24,000 nt of DNA from an uncultured Gammaproteobacteria bacterium (GCA_937139475.1 CAKZQF010000203.1:38432-62431), one strand, 5' to 3'; shown: positions 9,160-17,630, counted from the first letter of the stretch. Numbers and translations are program-made. Notes: generated by a model not told the origin, from the letters alone.

Positions 9160-10035
9160 ATGGACTTTAATTTCTTGATTCAGAAGATTGAATCATTACC
9201 TTCTCTACCTCAGGCCTATCACAAATGCTGTTTTTTATTGGAACGCGATGTTACCGATTCTAAAGATCTAGCACAGGTTGTTGCTACAGATCCTGCCATG
9301 ACCATGGCAGTCTTAAAATTGGTTAATAGTGCGTTTTACAATATCCCCAGGAAAATTGAACGCTTAGATCATGCGATCTCAATTATTGGCCATACGAAGT
9401 TTCGCGATCTCATTCTGACTGCCGCAGTGGTTAAGGCGATGAGTAGCTTGGCTAGTGGCGCTGTCGATATGGAAATTTTTTGGCGTCATAGTATCTATAG
9501 TGGATTGTTGGCAAAGCGTCTAGCGCTGCACGCCTACTTACCAAATAATGAACGCCTGTTCCTTGCCGGTTTGTTACATGATGTCGGGCAACTTGTTTAC
9601 TTTGACTTATTAGAGACCAAAGCACTGAAAGTGGCAGAATTAGTCAATAAGCTTGGGGTGAATGTTAGTGTGGCAGAGCAAAAAGTATTTGGTTTTACCC
9701 ATCAAGATATTGCGAGTGCACTGTGTAAGCGCTGGGATTTGCCAGAATGGTTAGAGCAACCAGTAAAACATTATAATAGCCCACAAGAGTCGCTCTATTT
9801 TAAGCAAGAAGCTACCATTGTTGCCATGGCAAATGCGACTGCCCAGTTGCATTACCCTGGGCTATCAAGATTAGGCAAAGTGCCAGCAACCCGGCCCGCG
9901 ATACTAGATGATGCACTTGTTTGGCAGCAAATTAATATTGACCAAGAGGTTTTGTCTACTGTTGTAACTGATGCAAATGAGCAGTTACAAAGCGTTGTAC
10001 AATCGTTAGTTCCTGAATTAAGTACTGTTAAGTGA
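9160..10035 (+). CDS. HDOD domain-containing signalling protein
   Basis: 291 aa. N-terminal LPSLP....K followed by D...LA.V...DPAMT..VLKLVNSAFY and GLLHDVGQL, which is the canonical HDOD pattern. Confidence 0.85.
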   Translation: MDFNFLIQKIESLPSLPQAYHKCCFLLERDVTDSKDLAQVVATDPAMTMAVLKLVNSAFYNIPRKIERLDHAISIIGHTKFRDLILTAAVVKAMSSLASGAVDMEIFWRHSIYSGLLAKRLALHAYLPNNERLFLAGLLHDVGQLVYFDLLETKALKVAELVNKLGVNVSVAEQKVFGFTHQDIASALCKRWDLPEWLEQPVKHYNSPQESLYFKQEATIVAMANATAQLHYPGLSRLGKVPATRPAILDDALVWQQINIDQEVLSTVVTDANEQLQSVVQSLVPELSTVK

Positions 10036-10089
10036 GCTTATTGCAATAGCGTAAGCTTTAGTATTCCAACGTTAATAAACTTGTTATAA

Positions 10090-10611
10090 TTGCCTCGATT
10101 TTTCTTGGGGATTATTATTTTGCGTTTATTATTTAGCTGTCGTTTTTATTTATTAGTCTTAGCTGGGCTGCTTAGCGCTCAAGTAACGGCTAAAGAGTTT
10201 TGTGATTTACCGTCAACAGAACTTAGCGAGCAAGTACAAGATGATCGTTTCGTTGAAGCGATGTTTGAAGCCGAATACATCTTTAGAGGGCGTTTATTCA
10301 CTTTTTACCACGAACGGTGCGATGGGGAAATATGTGCATTTGATGGCTTGGTTTTTAAGGTGCTGGAAGAAATTGACAATTGGTTAAACCCATATGTTGA
10401 AACCGCATGGCAAGAAGACTGCGATAATCTGTGGTTGCACCCGATGCAATGGCGTAAAGATAAAGATAAGATGTTTTTTGAAATCAACAAAGAATATTTG
10501 CTACTTGCCAAGGATACACCTAAAGGGATGGTTATATTTGGTTCTCGAAGTGGATTAAAAGTCAAGGAACTACAAATGCGTTATGAATTGGAACGTATTG
10601 GTAGAAAGTAA
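10090..10611 (+). CDS. Hypothetical secreted protein (signal peptide, four Cys in the mature part)
   Basis: There is no ATG before residue 58, so the start must be TTG (10090, or more likely 10120, which has GGGG 9 nt upstream). A hydrophobic signal-like segment ends in VTA-KE. I recognise no family. A bidirectional terminator follows. Confidence 0.5.
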   Translation: MPRFFLGIIILRLLFSCRFYLLVLAGLLSAQVTAKEFCDLPSTELSEQVQDDRFVEAMFEAEYIFRGRLFTFYHERCDGEICAFDGLVFKVLEEIDNWLNPYVETAWQEDCDNLWLHPMQWRKDKDKMFFEINKEYLLLAKDTPKGMVIFGSRSGLKVKELQMRYELERIGRK

Positions 10612-10630
10612 TTTAGTGACTATAAAACCT

Positions 10631-10658
10631 AAAAGGTTGAGCATTGCTCAACCTTTTT
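10631..10658. terminator. Bidirectional rho-independent terminator between convergent genes
   Basis: AAAAGGTTGAGC att GCTCAACCTTTTT: a 9-bp GC-containing stem (10634-10642 / 10646-10654) flanked by an A-run and a T-run. Confidence 0.8.
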
Positions 10659-10697
10659 GTTGCCTGCATTTAAATAATGCAATTGTCTGATAGCTAT

Positions 10698-11093
10698 TTA
10701 ACTGATCACACCGCGATCGGCTAGCTCATTGAACTCGTCTTGTCTTTCTCGCTCTTCCGGTGTTTCCATCGCAACTTGGTTGCCGCTGTGGATTTTATCA
10801 ATAAGTTTGCTCTTATGCTTTCGAAGTTGATTTTCAAGTTTGCTCATTAGCCCATCTACTGCACTTTTCATTTGGCGATCGGCGGTTGAGGTCGCGAAGA
10901 TATCGCTGCCAGGAATATGTATTTGTGCTTCCGCAATGATTTTATGCGTATCATGTTTTTCTGTTGTGAAATTGACGTTAACGCTGGTGATTTGATCGCT
11001 AAATCGCTCTAATGTACTAATAGAGTCCTCTACGTAAGTTTGAATATCGTCTGAGACTGTAACATGTTGACCACTAATGTTTACTTTATACAT
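10698..11093 (-). CDS. Ribosome-associated inhibitor / hibernation factor, RaiA(YfiA)/HPF family
   Basis: From ATG 11093 (AAGGAA RBS) the product is 131 aa. MYKVNISGQHV.V.D....YV and the GLMSKLENQLRKHK pattern are typical of the sigma-54-modulation/HPF fold. It has an acidic C-terminal tail. The ORF-track start at 11153 lacks an RBS. Confidence 0.85.
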   Translation of the reverse strand: MYKVNISGQHVTVSDDIQTYVEDSISTLERFSDQITSVNVNFTTEKHDTHKIIAEAQIHIPGSDIFATSTADRQMKSAVDGLMSKLENQLRKHKSKLIDKIHSGNQVAMETPEERERQDEFNELADRGVIS

Positions 11094-11338
11094 AAATTTT
11101 TGTTCCTTTTGTAATGAAGAAATAAATAATCTATTAACTCCTTTTCCTATCAATGGCTGGTATCTTTAGTAATGCCAGTTTCATCGGCCGGTGTCAATAG
11201 ACTTTTAATTACTTACCCCTCCATCCTAGCCCAAATCCTGATAAATGATAGCGTGAAAGTGCGATTAAATAGGGGCAATTTTGATTAAGAACAAATTTAA
11301 ACTGAACAATTTATTTTTATGGCTAATCTTTGAGCTTT

Positions 11339-11410
11339 AATAGCAATCCGATTAAGTGATTGCTCCCTCAATGGGAACAAACTTAGTTGAATCACTATAA
11401 GATTGTTATT
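11339..11410. repeat. Nested-hairpin repeat element, copy A (degenerate, with a 12-nt insertion)
   Basis: AATAGCAATCCGATTAAGT....GGGAACAAACTTAGT matches copies B and C. The inner stem is reduced to TCCC/GGGA. An extra TGAATCACTATA is inserted before the right arm AGATTGTTAT. Confidence 0.55.
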
Positions 11411-11498
11411 TGATGGTGGGATGAATTGAGTGAAAGTGGTAAATTAGTGTATTGTGTAACACAAGTCGATGATTTCAGTCAGGAGTTTGTTTTGTACC

Positions 11499-12122
11499 AT
11501 GATTAAAACACAATTTGTTGCCTGTGATCATTGTGATTTACTGCTTGATGCACCTTCATTACAGGAAGAACAATGTGCCTTGTGTCCTCGCTGTGGTCAC
11601 AAAATATCTCGATTGCGTAAGAACTTAATGAGCCAGCTAACAGCCTATGGTGTCACAGCATTAATTTTATTGGCGCTATCCAATATGTTTAGCTTAATGA
11701 CCTTTAATTTGAGTGGCAATATTAGTGAAATTAATCTGTGGCAAAGTGCGTTAAATTTATATTTTGAACAGTACAAGACGTTATCTTTAATTGTATTTAT
11801 TTTTATTGTCATCGTACCAGCATTGGTTATTGCACTAATCTTATTCTTTATCGCATTGATAAGGCTAAATCATAGACCCAAAGCACTTAGTAACATTCTC
11901 CGTCTTATTTTTGGCTTGTTACCCTGGGCGATGGCTGAAGTGTTTTTTGTTGGGGTTTTAGTGAGCTTAGTTAAACTGGTCACTATTGCCCAAATGAACT
12001 TAGGCTGGTCATTTTGGGCCTATGCGCTGTTTTGTGTATGTTATGCCAAGGTATTGAGCTTGTTAGATCGCTATCAATTGTGGTCTTGGTTAGAGCGAGG
12101 GTATGCACATGACTCATTATAG
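11499..12122 (+). CDS. pqiA: PqiA-family membrane protein, N-terminal-half homologue (split PqiA)
   Basis: CDHC...CPRC zinc-ribbon-like motif followed by about four hydrophobic helices, which is one PqiA repeat. The start is ATG 11499 or 11469. GGAG lies at 11481-11484. Confidence 0.8.
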   Translation: MIKTQFVACDHCDLLLDAPSLQEEQCALCPRCGHKISRLRKNLMSQLTAYGVTALILLALSNMFSLMTFNLSGNISEINLWQSALNLYFEQYKTLSLIVFIFIVIVPALVIALILFFIALIRLNHRPKALSNILRLIFGLLPWAMAEVFFVGVLVSLVKLVTIAQMNLGWSFWAYALFCVCYAKVLSLLDRYQLWSWLERGYAHDSL

Positions 12123-12750
12123 TGAGGGCTCTGCTGCAATTAATGGCTTAGTAAACTGTACTGAATGTGGCTTGGTGGCTAAAAAAGAACTCACCGTTTG
12201 CCCAAGGTGTAATGCTCGATTGAGCCCTCGCCGTATCTACAGTTTACAAGTTACGTTGGCGTTGCTGATCACCGCGTTTGTACTCTATATTCCAGCTAAT
12301 TTATTACCAATGATGGTGACAGAAAAATTAGGCCAAGTTGAATATAATACGATTTTAGGCGGGATCATTGTGCTATGGGAAGAGGGCTCTGAGCCAATTG
12401 CTGTTGTGGTTTTTGTTGCAAGCGTACTGGTACCTGTACTTAAGTTTATTATTTTATTTTATTTATGCTTTTGTGCCATAGCGCAAGGCGCTGTATCAGC
12501 AAAAACACGTGTCAACCTATATCGGTTAACCGAATTTATTGGCCGATGGTCGATGGTCGATATATTTGTTGTCGCCGTGTTAGTGGCGCTGATTCAATTG
12601 GATCATTTGCTCAACGTTCAGCCCGGTAATGGCACTATCGCCTTTGCTGCAGTTGTTATATTAACTATGTTTGCCGCCAATTCGTTTGATCCCCGGATTT
12701 TATGGGATAAACCTTTAAAAAGAGATGAAATCACTAGTGCAAGAAAATAA
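12103..12750 (+). CDS. pqiA: PqiA-family membrane protein, C-terminal-half homologue (split PqiA)
   Basis: A second CTEC...CPRC motif plus helices, and RWSM.D.F.VA.L.AL typical of PqiA repeat 2. Overlaps the upstream gene by 20 nt. Confidence 0.8.
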   Translation: MHMTHYSEGSAAINGLVNCTECGLVAKKELTVCPRCNARLSPRRIYSLQVTLALLITAFVLYIPANLLPMMVTEKLGQVEYNTILGGIIVLWEEGSEPIAVVVFVASVLVPVLKFIILFYLCFCAIAQGAVSAKTRVNLYRLTEFIGRWSMVDIFVVAVLVALIQLDHLLNVQPGNGTIAFAAVVILTMFAANSFDPRILWDKPLKRDEITSARK

Positions 12751-14398
12751 TAACCAAGTGAGTGCCCAGCCGCCGCAAATAAATAATCACAACAAAGTCT
12801 CTAAAGTGTGGCTAATTCCCTTGTTAGCACTGGCTATTGGCAGCTGGATGGTATTGGATACCTATCTCAATAAAGGCCCTGAAATTGTTATCACCTTCTC
12901 TAATGCAGAAGGACTTGAGGCTGGAAAAACTCGGGTCAAAACACTCAATGTAGATATTGGCTATGTTGATAAGGTACGTTTAAATGAACAGCATGACGGT
13001 GTCGTCGTGCATGCGGTACTAGATGCCCAAGTTAGGGATATGCTAAAGACCAATGCACAGTTTTGGGTGGTTAAGCCAAGAATCGGCAGTGGCGGGATTT
13101 CAGGCTTAAGTACATTGACCTCAGGTTCATATATTGAGTTTGTTGCTGGAGATAATGGGCAAAGCGCTCAGGAGTTTACAGGCCTCGAGCAAGCGCCAAT
13201 TACTGCGCAAGGGGTACCTGGCATACGAATTAGCCTAGTCAGTGAGCAAGGGGATTCGTTGAGTATCGGTGAACCTGTTTTGTACCGCGGCTTTGAAGTG
13301 GGCAGGGTGGAAAGTTCTGACTTTGATATTGCAAAACGTGAAGTCCACTATCAAATATTTGTTCGTTCGCCCTATAGTGAATTATTAACTGAGAATACCT
13401 ATTTTTGGAATAGTAGTGGGGTTGACTTTAGCGCTAATGCCCAAGGTATTAATGTAAATGTTGGCTCTCTGGAATCTATTATTCGTGGAGGCGTTGCTTT
13501 TGATGTACCTACCGACTTGCCATTAGGCGGGAGCATCTCCAGCGAAAAACAACACATTTTGTATCCAGATAAAAGCAGTGTCTATGAACAGCGCCAGTAT
13601 GTTGCCAAAGACTTCACCATACTTTTTGAAGACTCTGTGAGGGGCCTTCAGGTTGGCGCACCAGTTGAATATAGAGGGATTCGATTAGGCACGGTAAAAG
13701 AAGTAATTTCGGTACTTAATTCGCAAAATACCGAAGTTACTGAACGTCGTATCCCGGTAATTATCAGTATTGAACCGGCGCGAGTAGGCCTGAGTAATGA
13801 ACCTGCCTCGCTAGAACAAATCTCAACGCTCATCACCCAGTGGACCAGCCAAGGGTTAAAGGCGAGTTTAAAATCGGGCAGTTTATTAACAGGGAGCTTG
13901 TTTGTTGATTTAGATTACTATGAAGATAAACTAGCGACCAACACCACCACTCAATCTAATGGCTTTGATGTGATCCCCAGTGTTTCTGGCTCCCTAGCGC
14001 AAATCGAACAGAAGGTATTTTCGATCCTTGATAAGTTTGAGCAAATGCCGATTAATATTACTATTGATAGTATTAACCAAATGCTTGCGAATGCTAACTC
14101 CACCATGGAAGAGCTAAATCAAGCGGTAGCACAAGTTAAGGTATTGCTATCTCAGTCGCATACTCAAGCTATTCCGCAACACATTAATGAGACGCTGGAT
14201 CAGCTTAGTGAAACCCTCAAGGGCTTTAATCAGCAAGCACCAGTTTATAATGAGTTAGAACAAACGCTAATAGACTTTCAGTTGCTGATGCGTGAAGCTC
14301 AGCCTTTTATCAAAGAACTAAATAATAAACCTAATTCACTTATATTTGAGTCCAAAGCAGGTTTAGACCAACAGCCAAAAGGAAAATCAAATGATTAG
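12725..14398 (+). CDS. pqiB: Intermembrane transport protein PqiB (multi-MCE domain)
   Basis: 557 aa with an N-terminal anchor (VWLIPLLALAIGSWMV), three repeated MCE-like segments (G.PV.YRG..VG.V) and a long helical C-terminus. This matches E. coli PqiB architecture. Confidence 0.9.
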   Translation: MKSLVQENNNQVSAQPPQINNHNKVSKVWLIPLLALAIGSWMVLDTYLNKGPEIVITFSNAEGLEAGKTRVKTLNVDIGYVDKVRLNEQHDGVVVHAVLDAQVRDMLKTNAQFWVVKPRIGSGGISGLSTLTSGSYIEFVAGDNGQSAQEFTGLEQAPITAQGVPGIRISLVSEQGDSLSIGEPVLYRGFEVGRVESSDFDIAKREVHYQIFVRSPYSELLTENTYFWNSSGVDFSANAQGINVNVGSLESIIRGGVAFDVPTDLPLGGSISSEKQHILYPDKSSVYEQRQYVAKDFTILFEDSVRGLQVGAPVEYRGIRLGTVKEVISVLNSQNTEVTERRIPVIISIEPARVGLSNEPASLEQISTLITQWTSQGLKASLKSGSLLTGSLFVDLDYYEDKLATNTTTQSNGFDVIPSVSGSLAQIEQKVFSILDKFEQMPINITIDSINQMLANANSTMEELNQAVAQVKVLLSQSHTQAIPQHINETLDQLSETLKGFNQQAPVYNELEQTLIDFQLLMREAQPFIKELNNKPNSLIFESKAGLDQQPKGKSND

Positions 14399-14975
14399 GT
14401 TTTTTATCCTCCTTGTTATTGCATTGTTAGGCGCTGGTTGTCAGTCGACTGATACTTATACTAAGTATTATCAGCTGGCTGATGCTCCAGTGCAAAGGCA
14501 AGTAGAGCAGCGCCAAATACAATTAATTATTGAGCCTGTGGTGTTAGTGGATTTCCTTAAACGTCCTAACCTGTTACTAAAGCAGGCTGACAATACGCTC
14601 TATGTTACTAATTATCATGTGTGGGCTGAGCCTTTAGATAAGGCGATAGGCCGTGCCATGGTGAATTTTATAAACCAGCAATCGGATAAGTTACGTAGTG
14701 AACACCGCCTCTTTGACCAGTGTAATAAGACACAATGCTATCGATTGACATTGTTTGTTGAAGGTTTTTACCCGACGAAACAATCTCAGGTTGAATTTTC
14801 AGGAAAGTATCGCTTAAGTAACAATGACAACGAGGTCATCGCGCAACAGGATTTTAATTTAGTTGATGACCTTGAGCTTGATGGTTACCCACACGCTGTC
14901 GATAAGTTACAAAAATTGATACACCAACTTAGTTCACAAATCGAACAGAAAATTACCGTTATACCTGCTCAATAA
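14391..14975 (+). CDS. pqiC: PqiC (YmbA-like) lipoprotein
   Basis: 194 aa with lipobox LLGAGC. It is 8-nt overlap-coupled to pqiB with an AAGGAA RBS. Size and position match YmbA/PqiC. Confidence 0.8.
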   Translation: MIRFFILLVIALLGAGCQSTDTYTKYYQLADAPVQRQVEQRQIQLIIEPVVLVDFLKRPNLLLKQADNTLYVTNYHVWAEPLDKAIGRAMVNFINQQSDKLRSEHRLFDQCNKTQCYRLTLFVEGFYPTKQSQVEFSGKYRLSNNDNEVIAQQDFNLVDDLELDGYPHAVDKLQKLIHQLSSQIEQKITVIPAQ

Positions 14976-15043
14976 CAAAGTCTGGGTGAGTTCATTTACA
15001 TAATATGGTAGGATCGCGCAAAATTTTTGAGTGAGTGATTGTC

Positions 15044-15430
15044 ATGGTTGTGATTCGTTGGATTTTGGGCAGAATTATTCTGCTATTAGACTTTATTTTT
15101 ACCCCGCGCGGCGTTAAGCGCACAAGTGAGCAACAGCAGCTGGTTGATCAGCAATGTCATCAATTGGCACTGTATCAGTTTGCGGCTTGCCCATTTTGCG
15201 TCAAAGTACGTCGCCAAATGAAGCGCTTATCATTAAATATTGAATGTCGCGATGCGAAAAATAACGAGCAATTTAAAGCCGAGCTTACTGAGCTGGGGGG
15301 CCGTCATAAAGTGCCTTGTCTACGTATTGAGCATGCCAATGGCGATGTGCAATGGATGTACGAGTCATCGGATATTAACGCTTACCTAACCACACAGTTT
15401 GATGCGGAGCTTGTAGCATGCCAAGATTAA
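15044..15430 (+). CDS. Glutaredoxin-family protein with N-terminal membrane anchor
   Basis: CPFC redox motif in FAACPFCVKVRR, VPCL (the cis-Pro region) and a hydrophobic N-terminal helix. ATG 15044 is preferred over the GTG at 15035. Confidence 0.7.
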   Translation: MVVIRWILGRIILLLDFIFTPRGVKRTSEQQQLVDQQCHQLALYQFAACPFCVKVRRQMKRLSLNIECRDAKNNEQFKAELTELGGRHKVPCLRIEHANGDVQWMYESSDINAYLTTQFDAELVACQD

Positions 15431-16263
15431 GAGGACTAGTACAATTAGGAAAAGTTAACAAACTTGAAGTTGTTAAGGATGTTGATTTTGGTTACTACCT
15501 TGATGGCGCTGATTTAGGTGAGATCTTATTGCCCCACAGCAGTTGTGAGCAGATTTTTCAAACGGGTGATATCGTTGACGCCTTTTTATATAAAGACTCT
15601 GAAGACCGCTTAATTGCGACAACTAAGACGCCACTTGCTCAAGTCGGCCAGGTGACAAGTTTACGCGTCAATGCGACTACGCCAATTGGTGCCTTTCTTG
15701 ATTGGGGTTTGGAAAAAGACCTGCTAGTACCATTTGCTGAACAAGCGGAGCGAATGATCGAAGGTGAGCAGTACCTGGTCGTTGTGTACGTTGATGTCAG
15801 TAATCGTATTGTCGCATCGTCAAAGCTTGATAAGCGCTTAGATCGTGAACCGGCTTTTTACCAACCGCATCAAGAAGTCGAAATAGTGGTGTGTGATCAC
15901 ACTGATATAGGATATAAAGCGGCAATTAATGGCAAGCACTGGGGCGTACTATATCGCAATCAAGTGTTTAAGGAATTGCGTGTTGGTTATAAAACCAAAG
16001 CCTATATCGGCAAAGTACGTGATGACGGAAAAATTGATTTGTTGTTAGAAAAGCCAGGCTATACCGATAATGATGAGTTGGCTGGAAAAATTATTAAATT
16101 TCTAAAGCAGAACAAAGGCCACAGCCATATTAATGATAAAAGTTCACCAGAACTTATTAGTCGCCTGTTTGGTGTGAGTAAGAAGAAGTTCAAGCAATCA
16201 ATTGGTAATTTGCTAAAGCAAGGAAGAATTGCAATAGATAGTGATGGTATTCGTCTAACCTAA
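15418..16263 (+). CDS. S1 RNA-binding domain protein, CvfB/YitL family (COG2996-like)
   Basis: 281 aa. Repeated S1-like beta-barrel segments (G.....V......G.FLD.G...DLLVP) and a C-terminal winged-helix-like K-rich end. The start overlaps the upstream gene by 13 nt. Confidence 0.78.
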   Translation: MPRLRGLVQLGKVNKLEVVKDVDFGYYLDGADLGEILLPHSSCEQIFQTGDIVDAFLYKDSEDRLIATTKTPLAQVGQVTSLRVNATTPIGAFLDWGLEKDLLVPFAEQAERMIEGEQYLVVVYVDVSNRIVASSKLDKRLDREPAFYQPHQEVEIVVCDHTDIGYKAAINGKHWGVLYRNQVFKELRVGYKTKAYIGKVRDDGKIDLLLEKPGYTDNDELAGKIIKFLKQNKGHSHINDKSSPELISRLFGVSKKKFKQSIGNLLKQGRIAIDSDGIRLT

Positions 16264-16287
16264 TCGTTAAGCTGTGACTATCAATTG

Positions 16288-16323
16288 AAAAAGCGCTTGT
16301 GTGGATTCACCAAGCGCTTTTTT
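16288..16323 (+). terminator. Rho-independent terminator
   Basis: AAAAAGCGCTTG (stem 16292-16299), an 11-nt loop, then CAAGCGCTTTTTT (stem 16311-16318 and T-run). This is the first clear terminator downstream of the pqi genes. Confidence 0.85.
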
Positions 16324-16460
16324 CTTATACCATTTGCATTAGGTAAGTGATCTTGTAGTGCTTAGAGAAAAACAACAATAACTGCGTTGATTTTAATGAG
16401 CACAAGAGAGTAATTATTTGATGCATTTGGTCTTATACTTAAAAGAAAGGGCATATCATC

Positions 16461-17330
16461 ATGAGTAATTTTTTACGTTTTATTCTTTCTGTTTTCTTCT
16501 TATACGCGACACTTTTTTATACTGCTGAACAGGCTCACGCTACAGAGCAAGAGGCTGAACTACAACCAGCATTATGGCAGGTCGAATACCAGGGAAGTAC
16601 CAGTTATCTCTTTGGTTCAGTTCATATCGGTAAAGCATCTTGGTATCCATTACCTGCAACCGTTACGGATGCATTTAAACAGTCAACCTCATTGATTGTT
16701 GAGCTCAATACACTAACCCATGGCGAAGAAGTTCAACAGGCAATGGCGCTTCCATCAGGCATTACACTAAAACAAAAGTTGGCGGCTAATACGTATAAAA
16801 AACTGGAGCAATATGCCCTTGCTTATGGAGTACCAATTAAAGCTTTTGAGCAGTTAAAACCATGGGCTGCTGCAACGATTGCCGCAGTATTACCCTATAT
16901 GAAACAGGGGCTTTCGCCTGTGTTTGGTATCGATTTGCATTTTATCAATGCGGCAACAAAGCAAGGCAAAAACATTGTTGAGCTAGAAACCGTTGCATTT
17001 CAATTGAATATGCTTGAACAAATGTTTAAGGATGAAAGTGCTTTTGTTCAATTATTAGATGCGCCAAGTGGAGATGCTAAAGCGCTCGTTGAATACTGGG
17101 AGGCTGGCGATATGGAGAATTTAGACCGCTTGACCTTAGCGCAAATCTCGCCACAACAATTGGATCTGTTATTGTACAACCGCAATCGCCAATGGGTGAG
17201 TCAATTGAAAAAGATGCTTGTGAACAACCAAAGCTACTTTATGGTTGTCGGCGCAGCTCATTTAACAGGGCAGAATGGTGTTCCAGCCTTGTTGGCCGCG
17301 CAAGGAATTAAAGTTAAGCGGATTAATTAA
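16461..17330 (+). CDS. TraB/GumN family protein (secreted)
   Basis: Signal peptide, then LW......S..YLFGSVH.G, the family's N-terminal motif, and a C-terminal VGA.HL.G..G. 289 aa, typical for the family. Confidence 0.8.
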   Translation: MSNFLRFILSVFFLYATLFYTAEQAHATEQEAELQPALWQVEYQGSTSYLFGSVHIGKASWYPLPATVTDAFKQSTSLIVELNTLTHGEEVQQAMALPSGITLKQKLAANTYKKLEQYALAYGVPIKAFEQLKPWAAATIAAVLPYMKQGLSPVFGIDLHFINAATKQGKNIVELETVAFQLNMLEQMFKDESAFVQLLDAPSGDAKALVEYWEAGDMENLDRLTLAQISPQQLDLLLYNRNRQWVSQLKKMLVNNQSYFMVVGAAHLTGQNGVPALLAAQGIKVKRIN

Positions 17331-17334
17331 GAAG

Positions 17335-17399
17335 TAATACCAATCCGATAAAGTAGGTTGCCACTCGGCGTGGCAACAAACGTAATCGAATTGGTATTA
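17335..17399. repeat. Nested-hairpin repeat element, copy B
   Basis: Outer arms AATACCAATCCGAT (17336-17349) and ATCGAATTGGTATT (17385-17398) match 13/14. Inner hairpin GTTGCCAC (17357-17364) tcggc GTGGCAAC (17370-17377). Confidence 0.75.
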
Positions 17400-17597
17400 A
17401 TCCGACTTATCTTTTGTGTCAACCACTTGCGTAATTACCTTGTCGACTAATTTTACTCGGCCACTTTTTACTAACGCTTGACGTAACACATACTCGATTT
17501 GTGCATTAGCGCTGCGCAGTTCATCATCTGCCCAGCGCTGCATGGCCGCCAATATATCCTCGTTAATGCGAAGTGGGTAAGCTTTTCGTTTACTCAT
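17397..17597 (-). CDS. Arc-family ribbon-helix-helix DNA-binding protein
   Basis: 66 aa. The N-terminal K..YPLRI.EDI....Q.WA.DELRS.NAQIEYVLRQAL matches the Arc-like (PF03869-type) pattern. It lies 33 nt downstream of the SPFH gene on the same strand. Confidence 0.75.
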   Translation of the reverse strand: MSKRKAYPLRINEDILAAMQRWADDELRSANAQIEYVLRQALVKSGRVKLVDKVITQVVDTKDKSD

Positions 17598-17630
17598 AAG
17601 CGTGCTCTTAAACTATTAATGCAAATGGTA

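Noticed and set aside
11171-11287. A 38-codon ATG ORF in the raiA/pqiA intergenic region.
   Set aside because: It has no RBS and no recognisable motif, and it overlaps the likely raiA-like promoter region (TTGACA on the minus strand at 11197-11192).
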